Assembly: GCF_000737315.1 (NCBI RefSeq)
Contig: NZ_JMCB01000006.1
Coordinates: 930,001-994,000, forward strand
Direction: 5' to 3'
Origin: Hyalangium minutum
GTDB taxonomy: Bacteria; Myxococcota; Myxococcia; Myxococcales; Myxococcaceae
DNA length: 64,000 bases
Below, piece by piece: positions 47,501-56,200 of the stretch (the stretch's first letter is position 1; the number at the start of each line of letters is the position of its first letter). Under the pieces are notes generated by a model, which was not told where the DNA came from, ran no database searches, and worked only from the letters and a program-made list of their open reading frames with translations. The position numbers were made by a program, and so were the translations under genes.

Positions 47501-49323
47501 TGGATGCCGCCATCTGCCGTCGCTAGTGCCAAAAGCGGTGAGTGCGGCCTCCAAGTTAGGTCGAGCACCCCGAAGCCCTGCATTGAAGATGCAAGCGTGG
47601 GCACGAACCGGTTATCCACTTCGCTCAGCCGCCAGAGGATGAGACAGGACCCACCTTGGGCATTAATAAAGCCGCAGGCTAGGATGGGTGCATCGGGAGC
47701 CCAACCCAAGCAACTCACAGGCTCGAGCGGTGCTGGCCTTGTGAGTTCACCCAGGAACTTGCGGGTGGGCGTGTTCCAGATGCGCAGGTTTCCCTGCCCG
47801 ACATCAGCGGCGAGCCAACCTAATGAAGAGCAGGCGAGTCTGTTCCCGTCACCGGCTGGGAGTAGCTCGACCTCGATGTCGCTGGGGGTCCCTTTCGTGT
47901 GCAAGAGCCGGAGAGCACGTTTGGAGCGCGAGAGAAGGGTTTCTCCGTCCGGCGTGAAGCAGAGGTCCGTAACGACGGTCGTGTGAGCAGATGCTATCCA
48001 GGAAGGGATCTGCTCTGCGAGGGGCCAGTACGCCAGATGCCCTTGTTCGCACCCAATTGCCAGCGCATCGCCGGATGGACTCCAGGCCAGCCGGCTTACG
48101 GTTTGGCGGCCCGTCCCCAGCACTTGGCGAAGCCGGATCCCCAATGGGAGCGGAGAGGGTTCTGGCATATCCTCCCGGATCCAGGGGGCCTGCGAGGAAC
48201 TGTTCCTGGGAGACGGTACGTCTTCCGGAGGCGTGCGCGTCAACAGAGGGAACCAGAGTGGAGAATCCGTGCGGTTCTCACCAGTCAGCTCACTGGGATA
48301 TTGGATCAGCGCAGCCAGGGGTATGGAAGTTGTGTCGGGCTCCCAGCTCCATTTAGCTTGGAGCGTGGTGAACAGTTCCTCCTGCGAGGAGAGGGGGCGG
48401 GAATGAAGCCGGAGCTTGGACTTGTAGATTTCTCCCACGGCGTATCCCCAAAAAAAAGTGTCGGCTCCTGTCTCCCCGAAGAGCGACAAAGCCTGCACTG
48501 CTCGAGCCCAGTGGGAGTATTGGGGAGGATCGGGCCAGGGTTCCCTCCACCCTGTTATGTCGAACCCACCGCACAGGTGCAGGAAAGGACGGCCTGAGGG
48601 GCCAAGTCTCTCGTGCAGGCGTGCGAGGGACTTGGATCTCAAGACTCCCGGTGGAGCATGCGTCAGCAGCAGGATCAGCTCATGCTGATGCGCCCAACGT
48701 TGGAGGTCGTGGCCAGTGGCAGCCTCCGCTTGCTCTACGTTGATTTCTCGCTGGCTCTCACTGCTGTCTGTACCAGGCTCGAAGACAGAGTTGAGACCGA
48801 TAACGCCGATCTTCCATTCGCCCGCCTTCACTGTCGTAGAGAAGTCTCCGGGTAGGAAACCGTTCCGCAGCTGGATCAAAGGTGAGTGCAGGCGTTGCTG
48901 CTGGGAAGCCCACTCTGTGTAGGCTTGGAACGCGCCGCTGACGACGTGTGTGGAGGAAGGACTTACGGCATGGCTGAAGGTTTTGGGAAACTGAGAAGCA
49001 GTGGTGCGGAGGAACAGGCTCGAGGAAGCATCACGCGGCGCAAAGTCTGATTCCCCAGGGACCGCGAGTAGCAAGGGATTCGAACCCAGGCTTCGAAAGT
49101 AGTCCCACAAGGAGTTCAGCGTGGAATTCAATAGCGCGAACTCACGGGGGCTGCCCGTCTGCGTCAGATTCCCAGTGAGGAACACCACGTCCCAAGGCCC
49201 GGCTTGGTCGTGGAGCTTGCGCAGATCGGTTTCAAGGGCCTCGCGGAACTCGGGGCGCATCAGCCGCGAGCCGTGGGGCCCGAAGAGAAGATCCGACAGG
49301 TGAAGCCAGCTGAACCGCGACAC
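44518..49323 (-). CDS. Roco-type protein: degenerate metallophosphoesterase, WD40, Roc GTPase-COR, Zn ribbon, intact calcineurin-like metallophosphoesterase
   Basis: G1 GEGRAGKSS, G2 STHG, G3 WDMGGQ, G4 SKVD, G5 SAKTG. CTCG...CPVC. C-terminal SDLH/GD/GNHD/HH/HGHVH versus N-terminal SDLL/GN/GESD. GGAGG Shine-Dalgarno before GTG 49323. Confidence 0.88.
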   Translation of the reverse strand: MSRFSWLHLSDLLFGPHGSRLMRPEFREALETDLRKLHDQAGPWDVVFLTGNLTQTGSPREFALLNSTLNSLWDYFRSLGSNPLLLAVPGESDFAPRDASSSLFLRTTASQFPKTFSHAVSPSSTHVVSGAFQAYTEWASQQQRLHSPLIQLRNGFLPGDFSTTVKAGEWKIGVIGLNSVFEPGTDSSESQREINVEQAEAATGHDLQRWAHQHELILLLTHAPPGVLRSKSLARLHERLGPSGRPFLHLCGGFDITGWREPWPDPPQYSHWARAVQALSLFGETGADTFFWGYAVGEIYKSKLRLHSRPLSSQEELFTTLQAKWSWEPDTTSIPLAALIQYPSELTGENRTDSPLWFPLLTRTPPEDVPSPRNSSSQAPWIREDMPEPSPLPLGIRLRQVLGTGRQTVSRLAWSPSGDALAIGCEQGHLAYWPLAEQIPSWIASAHTTVVTDLCFTPDGETLLSRSKRALRLLHTKGTPSDIEVELLPAGDGNRLACSSLGWLAADVGQGNLRIWNTPTRKFLGELTRPAPLEPVSCLGWAPDAPILACGFINAQGGSCLILWRLSEVDNRFVPTLASSMQGFGVLDLTWRPHSPLLALATADGGIHVLNAEQDRTVTRLEGHTASVLSVSFSADGRLLASHSTTGDILLFRTDTWEIVARFQSPSSKKFLTRGVAFSPTRNILASVGPDFRSLFLWDIDADTLLRAKPPSATVHEVSAKVVLVGEGRAGKSSLALRMAQDRYEEMESTHGMRFWSLPAEPQRSDPTSAQTRRELILWDMGGQNEYQLVHQLFLRDSTAAVMVMEPGRGERALEEIEGWNQRLLAHTGTRNIRKLLVGSKVDSLDSPVDLPAIERLVQRCQFTSYLSTSAKTGQGIPELKAALAEAIDWNSIEQVSRPELFQRMRQHLQQLREARHVVLTFSQLEAELRREMGNDFDPEVLRSVVGPLARQGRVADTRLADGTRVLVLEVEQVERYAGSLILAARDNPHGVPAIDVAKVLSPAMKFPRLAAAERLPRDQELLVLDCVIELLLEHGLCLRHEGLLIFPSLFRPTQQEAGQDFPHAISLHYDFSGPIDNIYASLVTSLALSRRFGPMRLWQDRAEFSLAGQESSGVRRVREGRQGARGHARLDVYFDPETPTTTRALFVNIIEEHLREQGVELLERLSITCTCGRVFAEDVVRERLHVGHSDIGCPVCDRRTPLTLGAQQARERNPELHQQVRALRTDIQEQRSQNITETRVSITEAKTVKTSADTPLRILHLSDLHVGATQDPLSLLQPLDADLKDRYDGLGVDRLDYLVISGDLTNRASPQEFEKAREFVSSLIERFGLTSERCILVPGNHDLDWDTEVYTRKKKRQVDARALVPGTYKEDGDGYYLRDEAKYPERFKNFSQHFYHPLMQRPYPLASEEQCLSFFFSESRIQFLAMNSAWEIDEYFTERSSISERALSRGLEAAHLELAGARKRGELQEDAQVLRIAVWHHPITGNEKIQADSFMGRLLQADIRACLHGHVHEDRADLVNYLHPGRRLHVVGAGSFGAPTHHRPESVPRLFNLLEVQRDLKRMRVHTRCLRKQGGAWEGWAVWPGERPGEKRTYYEVTLP

Positions 49324-49349
49324 GTTGCCTCCGAGTCCCTACACCTACG

Positions 49350-50069
49350 TCAGAACCGCCCGGCCAGTCCCCCGAGGAGCCCTCCTTGGGGCGTCACGCT
49401 CACCACGGGCATGAGCCGGACCTTCGAGCGGGCTTGGAGCTCCAACTGGGAGCGCTGCATGGCCATACTGTGAGTCAGTTCGTAGGCCGTCACCGCGAAG
49501 AGCACCGGGGTCAAGGTCAGCCCCAGAATGAGTCCCGCCGTGCTCTGGGTGGCCACGCCGATGCCCGCGCCCACCGCTGAGCCCGCCAACGCGGCGAAGA
49601 ACGTCACCAGCCCGTCTCCCTCGCCTCCCGTCATCCTCCCCACGAGGCTCACACCCAGGGTGACTCCCACGGCGTAGGACACGGACAGGGACGCGCCAAT
49701 GGCGACGCCGCAAGCGGGCTTCTCGTCCGACGTCGCGCAGACGGGCAACGCGAGGATGGCCGTCGGGATGGTGCCCACGATGGCCCCCGCCAGTCCCATG
49801 ATGACGCTGCTCCACGGCATGATGACCAGCCGCAGCGCGGATTGATCCGGCTCGCCCCGTTGCCCCAGCAGCCGCCGCGGGATGAGCTCGCCCTTGGGCG
49901 GTGTCTCGGCGGGCGGCGGAGGAGGAGGCGGCTCCGCCGGAACGAGCGGCGGTGGCGGGAGCGCCTCCGTCGCAGGCGGCGTGTAGGGCGTCCACTCCTC
50001 GGAGGTCTGGGCGAACCCCAGGCCTGGGACAAGCAGCGTCAGGCACAGCACGAGGCGCGCAGGGCTCAT
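49350..50069 (-). CDS. Hypothetical membrane protein with signal peptide
   Basis: Signal peptide ending GFA, Pro-rich linker, Gly/Ala-rich hydrophobic helices, and C-terminal GLLGGLAGRF. Confidence 0.78.
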   Translation of the reverse strand: MSPARLVLCLTLLVPGLGFAQTSEEWTPYTPPATEALPPPPLVPAEPPPPPPPAETPPKGELIPRRLLGQRGEPDQSALRLVIMPWSSVIMGLAGAIVGTIPTAILALPVCATSDEKPACGVAIGASLSVSYAVGVTLGVSLVGRMTGGEGDGLVTFFAALAGSAVGAGIGVATQSTAGLILGLTLTPVLFAVTAYELTHSMAMQRSQLELQARSKVRLMPVVSVTPQGGLLGGLAGRF

Positions 50070-50181
50070 GCCTCCCAGCCTACCGAAACCGCGCCCCCCT
50101 GCGGGGTGTCTTGGGAAGCAACCCCAGAGGCGCTAGCCTCGGACCCGGCCGGTGGAGATGCGCCGCCACCCGGGTTCTCCC

Positions 50182-51810
50182 ATGTCGTCGTTCTTCCTCG
50201 CCTCGTCCGTGGTCGCCCTCCTGGTGGCGCTCTTCAACGCGCTGCTGGCCGGCTACGTGCTCGCCTCCGGCTGGAGCGATGCCCGCAAGCGCCTCTTCGC
50301 CGTGGGCCCCGTGGGCGTGACGCTGTTCGCCCTCTCCTGGTTCGTCCTCTTGCTGGACCCCAACACCCGCGAGCCCGTGAGCGCCACCGCCTCCTTCGCG
50401 GCGCTGCTGGCCGTCTCGGGCTTCGCGGGGGATGCCTTGATGGACCTCGGTCCATCCCGGGTGCGCCGGTGGCTGGTGCTGGTGCTGCTCCTGGGAGGGC
50501 TGGGGCTCTCCGGGCTCGCCACCTTCGTGACGGCGACCACCCACCTCCCGCTGGCGCCGGTGCTGCTGCAATTGCTCGGACTGGGCACGGTGGTCTTCAT
50601 CGGCGCCGTGCGCCTGCTGCTCTGCCGCAGTGAGAACGCGGCCATCCGGCGGCTCTCGCGGCACGTGGTCGCCGTGGTCGTCGCCTCGCTGCTCGTGTGT
50701 GCGATCCGCGAGGGCGTCGAGCTGCTGAAGGGCAGCGTCTCCGGCGCGGCCATCATCCTGTGCACCATCCTCGCCGCGGAGATGATGACGCTCAGCTACA
50801 TCCTCCACGATCGCGTGGATGTGCGCCCGCCCGTCACGCGCGCGGTCACCCATGCGCTGCTCGCCATCGCGTCGGCGTTCACCGTCATCGCGGTGCTGCG
50901 GGCGCTGGGTTACTCGGTGGATCTGGGCCAGGTGGCCATCACCGTGGGCGTGGCGCTGCTGGCCTCGCTGCTCTTCGTGGGGCTGGGAGATCCGCTCAGC
51001 CGGTGGCTCGAGTTCCTCCTGTTCCCCAAGCAGGCGCGGCTCACGGGGCTGCTGTCCGCCTCTCGCTCCGAGGCCGCCGCGCTGCGCAGCCGGCTGGAGC
51101 GCGCCGAGCGGCTCGCCATCGCCGGAGAGCTGGCTGCCTCCGTGGCCCATGAAATCAAGAACCCGCTGGCGGCCCTGCGCGGCTACGCGGAGCTGCTCGG
51201 GGACTACCGCGCCCACGTCGCCTCCGAGCAGCGCGAGCGCTTCGAGAAGGCGGTGCGCATCATCCGCGAGGAGAGCGATCGCATCGACTCCAAGGTGCAG
51301 GAGCTGCTGAGCCTCGGGAGGGCGCCGAAGGGCCGCCTGGAGGGAAAGCCCCTGGACGTGTCCCGTGTCACCCTGGAGGCGGTGGCGGTGGCCGAGGGCG
51401 AGGTGGACATTCCTCCCATCACCGCGAGGCTCGATCCGGCGCTGAGGGTGGTGGGTGACGAGGACGAGCTGCGGGGCGTGCTGCTGAACCTGCTGAAGAA
51501 CGCCGCCGACGCGATGCGGGGGCGCCCCGGCGGCCGCATCGAAGTGGTGGCCCGGAGCGAGGAGGCTCAGGTGGTGATCGAGGTGCGCGATGAGGGCACG
51601 GGGCTCGGCGGGGTGGACCGCGAGCAACTCTTCCGGCCGTTCTACACGACGAAGCAGGGCGGCACGGGGCTGGGGCTGGCCATCTCGCGCTCGGCCATCG
51701 AGGCAGCGGGAGGCCGCCTGAGCCTGGTGCCCCGTGAGGACAAGACGGGCGCGGTGGCCCGGGTGGTGCTGCCCGTGGCCGTAGCCGAGGCGCGGGAGGT
51801 GTCGCGATGA
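50182..51810 (+). CDS. Membrane sensor histidine kinase
   Basis: Multiple TM helices, AHEIKNPL, NLLKNAADA, DEGTG, GTGLGL. Confidence 0.92.
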   Translation: MSSFFLASSVVALLVALFNALLAGYVLASGWSDARKRLFAVGPVGVTLFALSWFVLLLDPNTREPVSATASFAALLAVSGFAGDALMDLGPSRVRRWLVLVLLLGGLGLSGLATFVTATTHLPLAPVLLQLLGLGTVVFIGAVRLLLCRSENAAIRRLSRHVVAVVVASLLVCAIREGVELLKGSVSGAAIILCTILAAEMMTLSYILHDRVDVRPPVTRAVTHALLAIASAFTVIAVLRALGYSVDLGQVAITVGVALLASLLFVGLGDPLSRWLEFLLFPKQARLTGLLSASRSEAAALRSRLERAERLAIAGELAASVAHEIKNPLAALRGYAELLGDYRAHVASEQRERFEKAVRIIREESDRIDSKVQELLSLGRAPKGRLEGKPLDVSRVTLEAVAVAEGEVDIPPITARLDPALRVVGDEDELRGVLLNLLKNAADAMRGRPGGRIEVVARSEEAQVVIEVRDEGTGLGGVDREQLFRPFYTTKQGGTGLGLAISRSAIEAAGGRLSLVPREDKTGAVARVVLPVAVAEAREVSR

Positions 51811-53252
51811 GCGAGCAGACAGCAGAGGCAGCAGGGGCTGAGGTGGCGGTCGTCGAGGACGAGCGCAACCTGCGCGAGCTGTATGTGGACGTGCTGAGCG
51901 CGCGGGGCCTGCGCGTGGCGCCGCTGGAGTCCGTGGCGGCGGCGACGGCGTACCTCTCGCGGCGGGCGCCGGACTTGCTGATCCTCGATGTGAAGCTGGG
52001 CGATGGGGATGGGCTGGTGCTGCTGGACACGCTGCGAGGGCAGGGGCTGCGCACCCCGGTCATCGTGGCGACGGCGTTCGGTACGGTGGAGCGGGCGGTG
52101 CAAGCGCTCCGAGCCGGCGCGGCGGACTTCCTGGTGAAGCCGTTCACCAACGAGCGGCTCGTCTCCGCCGTGGGGGCCGCGCTGGAGTCCGGGAGGCGCT
52201 GGGAGGAGCTGGAGCTGGCGGCGCCCAAGATTGAAGAGAAGAAGGCGTCCGGTGGAGAGCTGATCGGCACCGAGGGAGGGCTCAAGGATGTGGCGGCGCT
52301 GCTGCCCCGGGTGGCGGCCTCGGAGGCCACGGTGCTGGTGCGCGGTGAGTCCGGCACAGGCAAGGAGCTGGTGGCCCGCGCCATCCACAGGGCCTCGCCC
52401 CGGATGGATGGGCCATTCGTGTCTGTGAACTGCGCGGCGCTGCCGTCCTCGCTGCTGGAGTCCGAGCTGTTCGGCTTCGAGCGCGGCGCCTTCACCGGAG
52501 CGCACGCCCGGCGCAAGGGCCTCATCGAGGCGGCGGAGGGCGGCACGCTCTTCCTGGACGAGATCGGCGACATGTCGCTGGATGCCCAGGCCCGGCTGCT
52601 GCGGGTGCTGCAGGAGCGCGAGATCACCCGGATTGGTGGACGTGAGGCGGTGCGGGTGGACATCCGCGTCATCTCCGCCACCCACAGAGACCTGGACGCG
52701 ATGGCCGCGAGCGGGCAGTTCCGCGCGGATCTCCTCTATCGGTTGGCGGTCATCCCCATCCGGCTGCCCCCGTTGCGCGAGCGGGCCGGAGACATCCCTG
52801 GCCTCATCGACCACCTGTTGGAGAAGCACGCGGCGCGCCAGGGCCAGCGGGCACCCCGGCCCGACGCGGAGATGCTGCGGCGTGCGACGGAATACCCCTG
52901 GCCCGGCAACGTGCGCGAGCTGGAGAACTTCGTCGCGCGAGCGGTGGTGCTCGGCCGCTTCGACACGGAGTCACTCCGCGTGACAGCGCAGCCTACGAAG
53001 GCCGCTCCGCCCGCCGAGCCGGTGCCGCCCCACGAGGAGGCGTCAGCGCCCACGCCTCCGAGCCCCGAGTCTTCCTCCGTGCCCACGCTGCGCGAGGCGG
53101 TGGCGCGGGCCGAGCGCGCCGCGGTCATCGCCGCGCTGAAGGCCGCCGGGGGCCAGAAGACGGTGGCCGCCCGGCTGCTCGGGGTGAGCTACAAGACCCT
53201 CTTCAACAAGATCCACGAGCACGGCATCCGCGAAGAGGTGCACATCGCGTGA
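51807..53252 (+). CDS. Sigma54-dependent NtrC-family response regulator
   Basis: REC (LILDVKL), GESGTGKE, GAFTGA, WPGNVREL, HTH. ATGA overlap with the kinase gene. Confidence 0.95.
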   Translation: MSEQTAEAAGAEVAVVEDERNLRELYVDVLSARGLRVAPLESVAAATAYLSRRAPDLLILDVKLGDGDGLVLLDTLRGQGLRTPVIVATAFGTVERAVQALRAGAADFLVKPFTNERLVSAVGAALESGRRWEELELAAPKIEEKKASGGELIGTEGGLKDVAALLPRVAASEATVLVRGESGTGKELVARAIHRASPRMDGPFVSVNCAALPSSLLESELFGFERGAFTGAHARRKGLIEAAEGGTLFLDEIGDMSLDAQARLLRVLQEREITRIGGREAVRVDIRVISATHRDLDAMAASGQFRADLLYRLAVIPIRLPPLRERAGDIPGLIDHLLEKHAARQGQRAPRPDAEMLRRATEYPWPGNVRELENFVARAVVLGRFDTESLRVTAQPTKAAPPAEPVPPHEEASAPTPPSPESSSVPTLREAVARAERAAVIAALKAAGGQKTVAARLLGVSYKTLFNKIHEHGIREEVHIA

Positions 53253-53273
53253 GGCCGTGCTCGCGGCCTGTCA

Positions 53274-56200
53274 TCACTGCCCGCCCTGCTGCGGGTCGAG
53301 GTAGTCCCAGGCCCGGGTGTCGACCCGGGAGCCTTTGCCCAGGAACGTGAAGAAGTGGTTGGGGTTGTAGAACACGTCCTTCTCCATCTGCCGATCGAAC
53401 ACGAACAACTGGAAGGCCGAGTACAGCCGGTGGTTGAGGTTCAGGTTGTACAAGCTCGAGCTGTGCGGCGCGACAGCACGCGTTGGCAAGGCAAGCAACG
53501 CCTGGTTCGGATTCACCCGCTCTCCCGCGGGCGTCACGAACGAGCTCCGGAGCTTCACCATCATCCGCCGCCAGCGCGGCTGCTGGAGCACCCGCTCCAA
53601 GTCATTGTTGACGGCCTCGTAGTCGGCGTTGGTGCCCGGCATGATCTGCCGGTGGTCCACCTCGGTGTCCACGTGGGTGACGTAGAAGTCCCGGAGCGCC
53701 CTCAGCGTCCACCCCTCGCTCCGGGCGCGGAGGATAATCTGCCGCGCGCTGAGCCCGTGCAGCGCCAGCTCGTGGGACATGACGAGCGCCATGCCCCCGG
53801 GATGCCAGGTGACCATCCCGCCCAGCGCCATGTAGAGGAAGATCCGCAGGTGTTGGTTGGGATCGAACCCCGGCAGCTCCCGTGACAGCGAATACAGGGG
53901 CACCCAGTGCCCACCGGGAGTGGTGGTGTCCGAGGGATCCCGTACCTGAATGCCGCACCATCCATCAATGTCAGCCGGCTGCCGCCGGACGGTCATCACC
54001 AGCGGCACGTAGTCCGGCGCGTCCGGATCGCAGAAGGGCTCGATGGCCCGCTCCTGGAAGGCGTCCGAAGTCTCGATGATTTCGAACAGCTGCGGAATCA
54101 TCGCCTTCGCCGCGGCGTAGCCCTCGATGGGCGGCCACGTGGAGGGCTCGGGCGTGGGCTCGGGCTGCGGGGTGCCCACTGCGTCCCCGCTGGAGCCCTC
54201 GGTGCCGCCCGTGGGCTGGCGGCCCTCGGCGCCGTTGCGGACTTCCACCTGGGACTCGCCGACGCTGACCTCCATGCCCGGGCTCTGGCGGACGGCGCCG
54301 ATGGTCTCCATCAGGTCCATCTGCTGCAGCGGGGACTCCTGCTTCCCCGGCTGTGAGCCGCCGCCGAGCTGCGCCTGGAGCACCCGCTCCTTCCACTCCT
54401 GGTTCTTCTCCGGGTACTTGCTGGGCGGGAAGGCGCGGTCGATCTGGTCGTTCAGGTTGGCGGCGTTGCGGCTGCTCTGGGCCGCCATGGCCAGCTGGGT
54501 GGCCATCTGGGCGTAGGACTTCGCGGCCTCCTGGTTGGACGTCATCGCCGCCAGCGCGTTCTTCTGGTTCTGGTCCAGGCCGGTGAGGTTGGCGAACGGG
54601 CTCGCCTGCCCGAGCGCCGTCAGCAGCGCGCCCACCCCCGTCGGATCCGGAGCGGCCGGCGCGTTCTGGATGTTGACCACCGGCTGCGCCAGCGGCGAGG
54701 GCTTGGTGTCCTGCGGCGCCTGGTAGCGGCTGTCCGTGCTGACGGGGTTGATGGCGGTGGGCTCGTCGATGGGGGACTGCTCCCAGCGCCAGAACCGCGT
54801 GTCGTCGATGCGCTCGCAGGCGTTGCAGGCCCCGCGCACCGCCTCGGCGAAGACGCCCGGCGTGGGCACGCTCAGGCGGAAGGCGATCTTCTGGCCGCCC
54901 TCGCGCTCGGCCTCCGTCTGGTAGTGCTCCAGCAGGGAGGCGAAGGCCGTGGCCGCGCTGCCGCTCACCTCGGGTCGGCCCAGCTCATAGGTCGGGTCGA
55001 GGTTGAAGCCGCGCGCCACCGGGAAGATGAGGCAGTTGCCCGCCACGCCCAAGAGCCGGTTCTCCACCAGCGACGCCAGCGAGCGCCCCAGCACTCCGCG
55101 CTGCGCGTAGACGGTGTTGAACTCGTCCTGCGCCAGGTGGATGCGGTCCAGCATCATGTACCGCCGGTGCGGGGTGATGCCGTGGCACCAGATGACGTGG
55201 TGGTAGTACTCGAGGTTCTCCCGGTTCAGGTGGTCCCGCAGCTGCTGGGCCATCCGCTGGTCCTCCTGCCACGGGTTGCGCTGCTCCTCGGGGGTGAGTG
55301 GCGTGGGCAGGAAGATCTGATCCGCGAAGCCAATGTCGTTGCGGATGGCCCGGTCGTTCAGCAGCACGCCCGTGTGGTGGCGCGTCCGGTAGCGCAGCGT
55401 GCCCCGGTCGAGGATGGCGAAGCTGCCCGACACGCTCACGCTCGGGGACAGCAGCCGCAGGCCCACCACCTGGCTGCGCTTCAGGTCCGTGGGCGTCCCG
55501 GAGAAGCCCTGCCGGTTCACTCCCGCCTGCAGGGCCTTGGGGTCCTGCACCCGCGTGGAGCGCACCGACACCGTGAGCGGCTTGCCCGGCGCGTAGTCCG
55601 TCAGCAGCGTGCAGTCCAGCCGCATGTCCCTCACCGTGGTGCCGTCCGCGAGGATGGCCTCGAAGCGCAGCTGCTCCACGAAGTTGCGCGCCAGGGCCGG
55701 GGCGTGCTGCTCCTGGAAGGCGCGGTCGCGCTCGGCGGCCGTCATCTTGACGAAGAGGTTGCGGACACCGTTGAGCTCCAGGCCCCGGAAGAGGTGGCTC
55801 AGGGTGGCCCAGGTGTTGATGTCCAAGGTGCCATCCTGCGCGTCCGCCGGGCGGCTCAGCGTGAGCCGCAGCTGGAACTCACCGAAGACTTCATCGATGG
55901 ACTCCTCGCAGAAGGGCAGGAACGTCACCGTGCCATTGGCCTCGCGGCGCTGCGGGAAGTCCACACCCTGGTAGTTGCGAGAGATTCGCTCGACGGCGTC
56001 GAAGCCCTTGCGCAGCTCCTGGCCCTTGGCCGTGTCCGGCCCGTAGAGCAGGTGCTCGGAGAGGCACTCGCGCCAGCGGAGCACCTTCCCGTCCGTGAAG
56101 CGGCTCATCGTCAGCGGGACGAAGAGGCACTCCTGCACGTCCACCAGCTCCTGCTGGACGACGAAGTGCCGGAGGATTTCGAAGTACTGGATGGTGAGCG

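Noticed and set aside
48449-48458. Homopolymer A8/T8 as a programmed frameshift site
   Set aside because: The ORF is intact through it (TFFWG) and there is no alternative-frame product. Noted only as part of the low-GC segment.
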